Assembly: GCA_000165425.1 (NCBI GenBank)
Contig: CT867997.1
Coordinates: 1 to 64,000 of the forward strand
Direction of reading: 5' to 3'
Length of the DNA: 64,000 bases
DNA from: Paramecium tetraurelia
Taxonomy: Eukaryota
This document shows, piece after piece, positions 52,084-64,000 of this stretch (within the stretch, counting starts at the first letter, position 1; the number at the start of each line of letters is the position of its first letter). The notes beneath the pieces were generated by a model. That model had not been told where the DNA came from and did not search any database. It saw nothing but the letters and a program-made list of their open reading frames with translations. Made by a program: the position numbers and the translations under genes.

Positions 52084-54017
52084 ATGTTCTAAAATTCTAC
52101 TTATTTGCCTCAATATCTTCATTCTTAGGGTCCTCATAGATGTAAAATTTTAGTTATTACATAGAAACTCAAAGTATTCTAAGTAGAGGAGGTTTTGAAA
52201 AAAGAAAAGCTATTGATCATTATTCTTATGCTATTGACTAAGAAATAGGTAAGGGATTCAGTAGTAGAGTGTATAAAGGGAGAGACGAAAGAACTTTAGA
52301 GAATGTTGCTGTTAAAGTAAGAAAATATTTTTGTTTAGGTAATTGACATGAAGAAGTTGAAGCAAACAATACATAAACAATTGCTTAAAAATGAGATCAA
52401 TGCATTGAAATCGTTCAATCACTAGAGCATTCTCAAGCTCATTGATGTATGTTAAACCTCAAATAACACTTATATAATCACAGAATTTTGCGATTCGGTA
52501 TAATCATGATTTATGAAGGGAGATCTAGATAAATACTTAAGAAAAAATTTAAAAATAAAAGAACCAGAAGCCATTAGAATATTACAAGCATTAGTTAATG
52601 CTATAAATGAAATAAACTTAAAAGGATTTATTCATAGAGATATTAAACCAGCCAATATTTTGTTAAAAGGAAATGAGCCCAAATTAGCAGATTTTGGATT
52701 CGCTGTTCCTGTTTGGTAAGCAAGAATTTAGCAGAGAAACATCAACGTGGGTACTCCCCTATATATGTCCCCATAAGCCTTGAAACATTAAGACTACTCT
52801 GAAAAAGGGGATGTATGGGCTGTTGGAATAGTTTATTTTGAGATGCTTTTTGGTAAAACCTTATTAAATTTAGTTAGGTAGAACACCTTTTAATGCTTAA
52901 TCAGAAGCAGCCCTACTATCTAATATTCTTAATAAATCTTTAATTATACCTTAAACACCATCTGTTTCTGAGTTGTCAAAAGATTTTATTAAAAAATGCT
53001 TGTAAATTGATGATCATGAGCGACTCAATGTCAAAGCTATGTATGAGCATTAAATTATTTAATCAAAAAATTTTTATTGTTATTTGCAAGATGATTGTTT
53101 CTCACAATTAAAGAAAATCAATACACTGATTAACAATTCTTAAGCAAAAAAGAGCAAAAGAAGTTTAACTCAAAATTTAAAGAGAAATTGTAATTAAGAT
53201 TAAGGTAACCTTGAAAATGATGTAAATGAAGGGAATAAAAAATGTTATGCTTAATAAGATGTTCCCTAAAGGTCATCAAGTTAATATTAATTTTAACTAC
53301 CACAATATAAAATTAAGCATCCGTTGAATATTTAAGCTGAAAATACTAATAGCATTAATTTGTAATAAACGCTCTCCCTCTAATAGGGTGATGGATATAA
53401 AACTAATAATTAAATTCTTATATTTTAGATAAACTATTGTCGATACTTATTTAAGTTTTCATAATATTTAATCAATTCTTAAGCTGTTTAAACAGAGATA
53501 AAAGATAAGATCTTATTTGTATTAAGTAAATGTATTGCTGTAAAAATCAGCCAATTATCTAAAATTCTGGATAAAGAAAATAAGGGAGATAATCAAAATT
53601 AACTTTATGATTATGATAAGTAAAAACAAAGTTAATCATTTAATGGAATTTGTTTAGCAGTTTCTGAATATTAAATTAAGTATATGAACCATTTCTAGAA
53701 AATCTTAAAATTGGCATTAAAAAATAGTAAATTTAATACTCATAATAAGATTTTTCGAATGATCCAATTGTTGGTAGCCTTTGCAATAATTACTTATACG
53801 AGAATAATACTGTTTATGAGATAGCATTGCATTATTTGAATTTAAGTCTAAATAAGTTAACTTAGAATTTAAATCAAACAACGGTAGACAGATATTCTGA
53901 TAAGACGAATGCTGAAGTAAATATTCATTAGTGTTAGTCATAATAATTGTTGTTTATTTTAGAAGGATTGAAAAATTGTAAGGAGTTAATCATGATGATC
54001 TGGAAATGTTAATATGA
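52084..54017 (+). CDS. Ser/Thr protein kinase (ULK/CAMK-like) with Q-rich linker
   Basis: IGKGFSSRVY, VAVK, HRDIKPANIL, KLADFGFA, VGTPLYMSPQ, GDVWAVG. Confidence 0.9.
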
Positions 54018-54069
54018 TTTAATTACATTCTAAAAGGGATATTAAATTGATAGAATAATAGCATTAATA

Positions 54070-54731
54070 CCAGGGCAAGTAAATCATAATTAATCTGAGA
54101 ATAAAATACAATATTATTCTTGATTTTTATTATTTGTATCGATGCCCAGATATTAAATTCAGAATTTTTCATATCTATTTGCTAAGGTTTATTTCTAAAT
54201 AAATGTTATGTAATCTTCTATTTTCATCAATTAATTATATATGCTATATTAATTTTAATATTCCTTTAAACTGCCTAATTCTTTTTTTTACTACTTTGTA
54301 GTATTTTTTTGTAGAAACAATTATAGTTTATTTTAACAATTAGGGGATAGAACTGCAATTTATTTCATCCCTCTTTCCTTAAAGAATATGAGGATAAATG
54401 TTAGAATCACCAGTTACAATTAATAATTGTAATGGAATTAGAGTTAAAGCAAAGTAGATTAAATTCCTTTATTGATTGCGTGACTAAATATTACTTACAT
54501 TTAAGCTAAATATAATACAGTTTGTATTATTATTTATCTTTTGTGCTTCATATAGTTATATGTATCTGAAGTATTGAAGAATCAGGTCTATATTGTCAGC
54601 AAAATAATATAATTTTCACTTGCAGATTGAAGCCTACCTGTTTCTGTATCAAAAATGCTGAGCATGAAGTGTTAAAAGAACTTATGAATTATAGTGATTG
54701 TAAAGGTTGGCAATAATGGTTATTTGTCCAT
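54070..54731 (-). pseudogene. Possible degenerate gene of unknown function
   Basis: ATG at 54731 (MDKQPLLP...), long TGA-free stretches and an intron-like segment, but no clean spliced ORF or recognisable domain. Confidence 0.25.
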
Positions 54732-54766
54732 TTATTATTTTTAATGTACTTTTAATAAATTATTAA

Positions 54767-55288
54767 TCACTTCTTCTTTCTTTCGACTCCGAGTGTTTAA
54801 CCTCCTCTACCAGTGGTTTTGGTGTGTTGTCCTCTGACTCTCAATCCCCAATGATGTCTCAAACCACGATTACACCTTAACTTAATTTAATTGAAATACT
54901 TGATTTTCTTCATTCTTTCTAAATCTTCTCTTAATTTGGTTTCCAATTCGTTTGTTGTGACTTAATAGTTTTTGCCATCCTTGAAATCTCTTTGTCTATT
55001 CAAAAACCATCTTGGAATGTTGTAAGCTTCTGGTGATTTGATGACTTCTGTGATTTTGTGAGCTTCATCATCAGTCAATTCACCAGCTCTCTTTGTGAGA
55101 TCAAGACGGAGGACCTATAGAATGAATAAAATCACATCAAATACCTTGCAAATTTAGATAGCAAATCTTCTGCCAATACCCTTGATACTTCTAATACCAT
55201 AAGCAAGTCTTTATTTTCCATCAACGTTTGTGTTCAAAATACGAATAATGTGTCTGAATGAATCAGCCTTTTCCAACACCAAAGACAT
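54767..55288 (-). CDS. RPS18: 40S ribosomal protein S18 (uS13)
   Basis: [62 protein letters not shown]. Confidence 0.98.
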
Positions 55289-55678
55289 TTATTTGTATAA
55301 AAGATTTAATTTAATTTAAAATTTTAATGGCTGCTCGATTGCATGCAAATATTGCATCCCAGAAACTCATTCATAATTCTAATTTTTATAAACAAACACC
55401 AACTACAAATTACTCTTCATTGCCTCTCATTCATCTTTGATCATTCCTGTTAGTACGAATTCAAAACTAAAATGAACTTAATTAAGAAAGATCATAAGAG
55501 TGCTTTAGTTTTCATTTCATTTAGAAAATATAATGAAATAAATGCTTATAATTATTCTAATAATACCTAAATTAAACTTCATTTAAATTATTTCACAAGT
55601 AGTACTTGGGGAATGACTTAGAAATTGATACAAATTTAAAAAGAGATAATTATTAAAATGCATTTTTAAATACTATAT

Positions 55679-56134
55679 TCACTTTCCCCCAAACTTAACC
55701 TTTTATAATAGATAGTCACACAAGGCTATTGGCATTCTATTTTTGACTTCTTCCACGGTAACCCATCTCTCAATGCCTTCGTCGTGTATATATATCCAAA
55801 ATTCTATTCTTCCATCATTCTTTCTTAAAGACTTTACATAACCCTTTTCTGAGCTTCTCTCCTTGTGAGGAGTAAGTTTCGGTTTTTCAACTTCCATTCT
55901 GTACTTCAGTTGTTCTTCAATTATTTTTGTTATTTTTGTATTGTTCTTTTCAATGGACTTGCCATTCTTACTGTAATGTTCTTGCAATTCCCATTCATTG
56001 ACTAAACGAAGCATTTCTGGTGTGAGTTCAACCATAGGTTCGTAAGTAATTGTACCAGTATTCCATTTTATTTTATATTCTATTCTTTCCTTTACTTTCT
56101 TTTTTAGAATCAAAACAGGATGTTTAATTTGCAT
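55679..56134 (-). CDS. Small HP1-like protein (degenerate chromodomain plus chromoshadow-like domain)
   Basis: ILKKKVKERIEYKIKWNTGTITYEPMVEL..LVNEWE; C-terminal GRIEFWI..WVTVEEVKNRMPIALCDYLLQKVKF. Confidence 0.7.
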
Positions 56135-56202
56135 TATTAATTAATAACAGATAAATAGATTATATATATAAATTATATATAACAGACAAAAAATAATAGA
56201 GA

Positions 56203-57532
56203 ATGTACAAAGATCTAAATTACGCAATTGAAATAATGGAGATAGAGAAATTAAAATTGCATGAGCAAATTGATTATCTGTAAGAACACATATAGCAATT
56301 GACCAATGAATATAGTGATAAGATTCTGGAAAAGGATGAAGAATTAGTTACAGCCTTTATTAAAATGTAATAAGCAGAAAGACTTAATAATGAATTGATC
56401 TAAAAATTATAATCAACAAAAAAAAATGAAGAATAGCTTAATAATGCAAATTATAATTTTATCACACTACAAAAAAAATTGGATCACCAAATTTAAGAAA
56501 ATTAAAAACTTGAACAGAAGGTCAAATTATTAACGGAATAGAGTATGCAATTCCAGTAAAAATGGTAGAGAGTGTCAATGTAATTAAAATAATTCACCAC
56601 TCAAAAGGTAAGTGCCAGAACAACAGAATAATAATTAAGTCTCAAATAAGAAGAGTGCTAGTCACTTAAGGAGAAACTAGTTCAATATTAATTAGAATTA
56701 ACCATTATCAAATAAAGTGATTAAGAGTATAAGCAATCAATTCATTAAAAAATGCAAGCACTCTATCAGGAATTAAGAGATGCTTAATCAAAATTACAAC
56801 AATTTTAATATATTTCTTAGTAACACAAACACGAATGCTAATAATGTGAGTACTTGAGAAATGAAAATGAACAATTGAAGTCAATGATTAATCAAGATCA
56901 GATCTCATAAGAGTAAAATAGAATCAATAGTCAGATTGTATTATATTTTGTCATCATAATAGAATACATAATAGTAGTAGTAAATGAAAGAGTTCCAAAC
57001 TAGGCTTATGGAGTTGGAGTACGAAAATTAAAACTTAAAGCAATAGATTTAATTGCCTGAATCTATAAGCAATCTAAAAAGCAATGATTGTCTCAATATT
57101 AAATCTATACTGAATCATCCTTTATACATCAAGATGTCTAAATTGATTGACCAATTGAGCAATTAGACTTAGTAAGAGTTATTTAGAAAATCATTAAATG
57201 AGTTAGGATCAGAAATTGAACAACGAGAAAACAAAGAATAATAACTTTAGGAATGCAGAACTATGTATGATAGATTATTGATTAAATACTATGCCTTACA
57301 AAAGAGTATCAATAAAATTGAAGAGAATAGTAATGCAAGTTACTATGCTACTTAGTAAATTACGTCATCAAAATAATAAACTCTTCAAAAGAAAACAAAT
57401 TAGTTGGATTCCTTTTTATAAGAATAGGAGACAACTAAGTAAATGAAATAATCAATATTTTCTAACACACCAAAATAGAGAGTCAATAACAAACTAAACT
57501 TAAGTTTAGATAGTTGTTAATTTAAAAAATGA
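56203..57532 (+). CDS. Hypothetical coiled-coil protein
   Basis: Q/E/K-rich heptad frames with at least one intron; TGA at 57530-57532. Confidence 0.7.
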
Positions 57533-57981
57533 TATTTTTATAAATAATATTTTCATATCATTAGCTTTTCCAAAATTTTCAATAAATAATTATAAAATTT
57601 CTATGCGAAATTGTTAGATGACTAATCCTCGATTCTATTACTTTTGATATTGACAAATATTATAAGAATAATTACCAATTACTTAAGACATTATTTTTAG
57701 AAACGAAAAGTATGCAATTTTTATCTAGATATTTCATTATTATAGAGTCTTTAAGTGAAATCTATTTTCATTTCAAAAGTGGAAAGGGGAAGAAAATGAT
57801 TTGAATTAAAATGCTATTATAAAAAGATATAAATTTCGATGGATTTTAAATGAAAAAAATCTCTTATGATTGTTGGGAAATTTAAGGAAATTTTTTGAAA
57901 ACAGACATTAAAAAAAATAGCAAATAAGAGAAATTAAAATAAATTTAATATCTAAAGATAGTGATGATAAGAATATTAACA

Positions 57982-60900
57982 TCATTTTTATTTTTTATTT
58001 TAAAAAAATCGTTACAACTTTTCTTCGATATCCTTATCCAACATTAAATTATTTTTTATTTGAGTAATTTCTACCATTTAGGATTATGCTTAAGTTTTAC
58101 CATCATCCTCTATTTCAGTTTCTAATCTAATATCATCAACGATTTGAACATTATCAGTAAATATTATCATATCATCTTATTGTTCTCTTCTGATCCATGG
58201 AGCTTCAGGTTTATTTTCAACGGACAAAGGCTAAAAATAGGATATTAATTAATTACCCCGATATTTTAAATTAACTATTTATCAAAAACTATTGATAATG
58301 ATGGAGGAGATAATTTGGGCAAGCTAAAAGATAATCTAATTTTAAATCCATCCACATATACAATAGGAACTTAGAAACAAATAATATTTTCTTTGGGTTC
58401 ATCATATAAGCAGATCACTCGTTAGTAATCAATAGATTGTTAATCCTTCAAAAGGATTTATTCAATATGCATTAAGAGAATTTACAAACCTTCTTATTTT
58501 GCCTCATTTATATTTTCAATCAACTATTTACATTTCTCTTTTGCTTTTTTAAATTATTTTAAAATGATTAAGCAAATCAATTCATTAAATTTGATCTCTA
58601 AGATTTCTAATAGATCTGCATCTTCCTCGTCTTCAGTAAGTTCAAAAAACTCTTCGTCACTAAATAAATCAGTTTGGCTTCCTCTCTATCTTAGTCGTTT
58701 TTCTGTTATTGAAAGTTCCTTCTGACTTTTTGCCATTTAGAAATCCTTCAATGCCTCTTCATATTTCTCCAAATGAAACAAGAATACTCCTCTAAATATA
58801 AACGCATGGAACTACTAAAATAACCTTCCTTTTCCTCTTGTTAGTTACTTTAGACTATTGACAGCTCTATTTAAATTATTTTTTAATTCATGTTGCTCAC
58901 TCTCGCTTTCTTCATTAAAATATATTTATTGATCATCCTTAAATACTAATCTCAAGGCTTATAAAATATCCTTATCAAATTCTGCAGTTTAATCTTTAGT
59001 CAATTTATGAAGTCTATTGATATCTTCTTAACAACTGCGCAAATCACTTAAAACCATGTAGCATTCCGATCTTAACTGTAACAACTTAGGGTTATTTTTG
59101 AAATCTTTATTATTGGAGTAGGCTTTGATTGCATCCTCTATGGCAGCATTGGCAAATAAAAAGTTGCCAGCCCAAACATGCATTCTTGGATCATCTTATA
59201 ATATATGAATACATTATTGTAAATCCTGGAAGGCAGAATTGGAATCTCCACTTAAAAAATGACATTTAGCTCTATTTAAATAAGCATCAGGAAGAGTTTC
59301 ATCCAATGTTAAACAGATGCTAAAATCATTTAAAGAGTGATGATATTATTTAAGAATTCCATACACCATTCCCCTAAAATAAAAATATTTAGCAACATTG
59401 TCTTCTGATTTTTGAATGGCTGACTCAATATCTGCCAAAGCCTCATTAGTTTATCCTAAAAAGCACTTCACTATGGATCTCACATAATAGATGTTTGCAT
59501 TCTAGTCATTTAAACTTTGAGCCTTGTCCAACAATTCTAACCCTTTGACTATATCCTTGTATTGATCGCTTTTTTTTTTAAAGGCTTAATTTATCAATGT
59601 AGCTCCCTAATAGAAAGAAGGTTCCATTTTCTTTTGGAAAATCTTTTATGCTTTTTGAAAGAATTCCATGCCAGAATTGAATTGCCCTGCTTAAATTTTC
59701 AAGATGCCCTCACATAAGAATTTATTATAATGAACACTGGATTCAGCTGGTTGAATTTCCAATAAATATTTATAGTCCTCCAAAGCTTTTTGGTGTTTGG
59801 ACAAACAAAAATGACCATAAGCTCGATAAGCATAGAACAAAGGCTTAAGAAAATCATTTAACTAATGATGACTTTGAATTTCTTGAAAATTGTTAAGACT
59901 CTCCTGAAATTTTCTTTTCATCAAATGAATGACAGCCTATAATCAATCAATCAATCTATTACTTCAGTAAATAATCTAAATTTCTCTAAGTAGGTTTTAT
60001 CAGTATCTAAAAGTGCCGATCTATTGAATGTATGAAATGCGGCATAAAAGTCTCTTTATTCAATCTTCATTTTGGCAATTTCATAGAGCGATTTAGTGAC
60101 CGCTTTTTTAGAATTATTATGTTTGATCGCTTATTCAAAACATAATAAGGCTTCGGTAGGATTCTCTAGAATATTCATATTGAATACTTGTTTTTAATCT
60201 ACAAAGTCCTTTAAAGTAGTAGGCTTCAGAATTCGTAGGGTCAGTTTCTAATAGTTTACTTAAATCTATTGCACATTCGTCATATTCTTGACTTTCAAAA
60301 AGAGTTATTGCTTTTTTCAGCAAAGCAGCATTGCCCACAGCCTACTCACAGTTTATGGCCTTTTAATAACATTTAATGGCTTCCTTATATTGGCTCTGCA
60401 TTCTAAAACAATCAGCTTTGCCCAAATAGCCTAATCCTTTTTGAGGACTTAACTGAATGGCCATATTGAAGTCTTATTCTGCTTTATCAATTTAATTTAG
60501 TTTGGTATAGAGTTTACCTCTATAAATAAAGGCATCATAATATCTTGGGAACATTAAGATGACTTTATTCAGAATTTAGATTGCTGAGTCTATCTCATTC
60601 ATTTTTTTATGAGATATTGCTAACAATAAATAAATATTCTTTCTATGTGCAGCATCCTATTAGATTACATATTGAAATTCTGCTATTGCTTTTGAATAGA
60701 GTTATTTACCAAGATAGCCTATACCTAAAAAGTAATGTCCTTCCAATATTCTTATATCGCTTTCTAAGCACTTTTTCAATTGTCTAAAATTATATAGGTA
60801 GAATACTCAATAGCTTCTTCAATTTGCTTCTCTCTTAATAATTGTTTGCCTTTCTCCAAGAATTTAATAGCTCTAGGGTTGTAATCATCGAGAGGTTTAG

Positions 60901-61434
60901 TTGTATCACTCTAGAATCCACTGTGTTCTTAAAGACCTTTGATGAGGTGGTTCTCAAAGCTCATATCAACTGTCTATTATCCCTCCATGCTGTTGTTTAT
61001 TTTGGATTACTTTTTTTGCATGGTTTGGGAGAGCTTTTACTTATTCGGAAGGTACCAATTTTGTATTGGATTACTTTATCTGGTTTACTTCTTCCTATCA
61101 TTATAATATAGATGTACATTTCTTTGCAAAAACTTCCATTGCGCTTTGTACTATTAAACAAAATATTAAACAACTATTTTTGAGCCTTCTTTTCTTAACT
61201 AAAGTTTGAATTCTACTTTTTTTTGAGATTATGTTCCAAGCTTTCTCCACTTGAAATATTGAATGAGGGTTATCTGGGTGGGTAAGGTTACGATTATTTT
61301 TTATAATGTGGAGTTGGATTTTCAGAAACAAAGTGTTCAATATGTGACTTTGCAGGAGAAAAGGTTTATTTTGGAAAGAACGACACCGCTTGATTCTTGA
61401 CTGTTTGAGGAGGCTTGTTTGACCTATATTACAT
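57982..61434 (-). CDS. Large TPR-repeat protein
   Basis: Multiple TPRs (e.g. AYYFKGL, AFIYRGKLY, AYLNRAKC) with only a few introns; acidic C-terminal region. Confidence 0.85.
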
Positions 61435-61488
61435 AAATTTGAATTTTAATATATTCTTATAAGTACATTATTAATTTATTAACTGATA

Positions 61489-61977
61489 ATGATTTTTAGT
61501 GGATCGCTAAGAACTACTACCCCTGAGTAAAAGTCTTAGATAAGAACAAAAAAACACTTCGATTTAAAGCATGACTTAGATGATCAATTACTATCTCTGA
61601 AGTATTTGGACAATTAGAACATCATTTAATCTATTAAAACTAAAAAGCACATCTAACCAATCATCACCGATTAAAATAGCAATATGAGAAAATTGAGGAG
61701 ATCTATTTCTCCTCTATAAAATAGTTAATTGGATAGAAGTCTAGTACCTAAAGTTGATAATGCACCAAAAACACCCCAAAAATCAAGACTTTATGCTAAT
61801 TTATTCAATAATACTTGTTCGTTTGAAAACATTTGTTTGACGTAATGCAACCATTGTAAATCCAATAATAAAGAGAATTTGCGTATATAAACATCTCCTA
61901 TTAAGATGACACAATCCATTTTAAAAATAGAACCTCAATCCTGTCTAACAAGCAGAGGAAACTATTTTAAAAAATGA
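61489..61977 (+). CDS. Hypothetical protein (~162 aa)
   Basis: MIFSGSLRTTTPEQK... with in-phase TGA at 61975-61977. Confidence 0.55.
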
Positions 61978-62211
61978 AAATATATATTATATATATACTT
62001 ATATCGTTAATATTATTTGTGATAATATTTTCGCTACTAAAATGCTTAAGATAACCAATATAATATTGGAGATCAAAATTTTAAATAAATAAATAAAATT
62101 TGTAAAATAAATATATCTCTTTGACAAGATTGGTCTGTATTTTATATTATGCAATGATGGTGAAATAACAGTAAAATGATTTTCGATAATAAATTAACAT
62201 AAATCTAATAA

Positions 62212-63184
62212 TCAATTAAATTTTATTGCTTAACTTTTTATCAATTTATTGAAATACTCTTAATTACAGGATGACTGACGTTCCACAGATTTATTATTTT
62301 AGACAATTGACAATCTATTGACACTGGGTTGGTTTCTTTTGAATTTGATTAATTTTTTAAAGTCTGCATTTTTTTGTAAGATTGCAGTCATCCTGGAACT
62401 TTTTGAAACTCTATTGAGTAAACTTAAAAGCATTGTCAATGTTTCATCCTCACTTAATAATTCTGGATCAAATGTTTTATTTTTTAAAGAGTAAGTTTCT
62501 GATTAAAATGTTTCATTTTTGGGTGAAAATAAAGTGAATGTGGCTCTTGTTTTATTAATTTCAGATTCAAGAATTTATATTTTGGATTTTAATTCAGTAA
62601 TAGATTCTGACTCTTTTTAGTTACACATTTTATTGAATTTTTTTTTATACTCGTTTTCGAGTGACAAATTTTCTATTATCTATTGTTATTGAATATTGAT
62701 TGTCTACAACTGTTAAATCGTCTGGGCATTCATTTATAATTTTTGATTCTTTTCCTGAATTTCATTGGTTAAATTGTCAGTCTGCTTATTCAAAAGTGCA
62801 ATTTGATTGATTTAAGATTCGATTTCCCTCCTCTAATGGTCAACCTACTACTGCAACTAGGAAATTTGATGAAGTAGATTCTTTTATTAGGTATGTTTGC
62901 TAATCTTCTCCTTATTAAGGAAATCCTGAGGCTCATGTTAATTAAAAGCATTCAGGTATAGATTTGCCTTGGTTTAGATGGCTGTTTATTCTTGAGGTTG
63001 GGTCTTTTTAAAGATTTTCATGACTTAATCCTTAGTGATGGAACTCTCTTTCTTGGTCAATCTTGCTGATTATTAAGATAGCGAAGATACTGTAATATCT
63101 GGGACTGGAATACAATCTATAGCTTTGATCAAATCTCGATTCGACTATTGGGAGTATAAGCGATTGTTACTGTTATATATTCAT
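62212..63184 (-). pseudogene. Coiled-coil gene with apparent frameshifts in the 5' half
   Basis: Protein-like Q-rich frames (HQISQLQQQVDHQRREIESQINQIALLNKQ) do not join to the ATG without frame changes. Confidence 0.45.
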
Positions 63185-63211
63185 CCATTGTTAAATTATT
63201 TTAAATTTAAT

Positions 63212-64000
63212 ATGCTTAACGAAAAAGTCATAGGGGAATATGTTTATAAAGTATCTAATGAATGCAAAGTTGGAGTTGGTTAATTCAGCCACTTCTACAA
63301 ACGAGATCATAAGAAGACAAGAAGGAAGTGGTGATTAAGCAGATTCACAAAAAGCAATTACAGCCATTTTTTAACAGATGTTCAGAAACGAAATCATAAT
63401 ATTTAAGCAGCGTAATTATCAGTACATTCACACATATTATTAAACAGCAAACAAATATTATATAATTACTGAATTTTGCGAACAGGTAATGCGCTAATCA
63501 ATAATCTGTAGACATTCTTTAAATAATAAAATAATAAGGTTCTTTGCTTGAAAATACAGTAATCATTTATGTTTTACAAATTGGCGAGGCATTGAAGTAC
63601 GTAAATTCAAAAAGTAAACTTTGACTTTTTAGAGATTGTTCACAGAGATATCAAACCTTCCAATATCCTAATCGATAAAAGAAAGTTAGACTAGCAGATT
63701 TTTTTTGACTTTGCAATCCATTAAGACAGATTTTGAATTGAAGAAAGACAATTCCAGATTGGATCTCCATTTGTATATATATAAAGAAACACTGTTAAAA
63801 AATGAATACAATCATAAAACTAACTTTGGTCCCTTGGTGTACTGTTTTTTGAAATAATTTTTAGTATGCACCCATATGTATTCCAAAAGAATTTTACCCA
63901 TTTATTTAATGGAAATGGATGATTTAGTCAGAAAATTACAAAAAATATCAAAAGGATTATATCTTGATGTTTAAACATCGGTTCTCAGAAGCTTTAACTG
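63212..64000 (+). pseudogene. Frameshifted Ser/Thr kinase pseudogene (runs off the window end)
   Basis: MLNEKVIGEY..VGVGQFS is followed by an early in-frame TGA, with EVVIKQI in another frame. HRDIKPSNIL is intact, the DFG region is disrupted, and GSP.Y and WSLGVLFFE remnants follow. Confidence 0.8.

Overview
AT-rich, gene-dense ciliate DNA, almost certainly a Paramecium macronuclear (somatic) chromosome segment. TAA/TAG read as Gln, TGA is the only stop, introns are 20-30 nt GT..AG and intergenic spacers are tiny, so the supplied standard-code ORF track shows only fragments. I translated the genes by hand with genetic code 6 and found about 40 genes, including CDK1/cdc2, RuvBL1, PP2A-A, RPL10, RPS18, OST48, DPY30, ENY2, SENP8, CFAP36, a sorting nexin, a TBC GAP, nicotinamidase, two ULK-like kinases and an RCC1-repeat protein. 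Most notable: (1) a TPR gene built from about 31 tandem 'one 102-nt exon + one phase-1 mini-intron' cassettes, two with GC donors; (2) a highly divergent intronless alpha-like tubulin directly downstream of a decayed, internally deleted canonical alpha-tubulin pseudogene; (3) a bacterial-type MBL + double-rhodanese gene with introns and a probable mitochondrial leader; (4) unusual architectures: MORN-Ulp1 protease, ankyrin-bromodomain, minimal HP1-like protein, Vti1-like SNARE without a membrane anchor. Several frameshifted loci near both ends and at UBC13 could be pseudogenes or sequence errors. Coordinates were read manually and some boundaries may be off by a few bases. No database searches were run.
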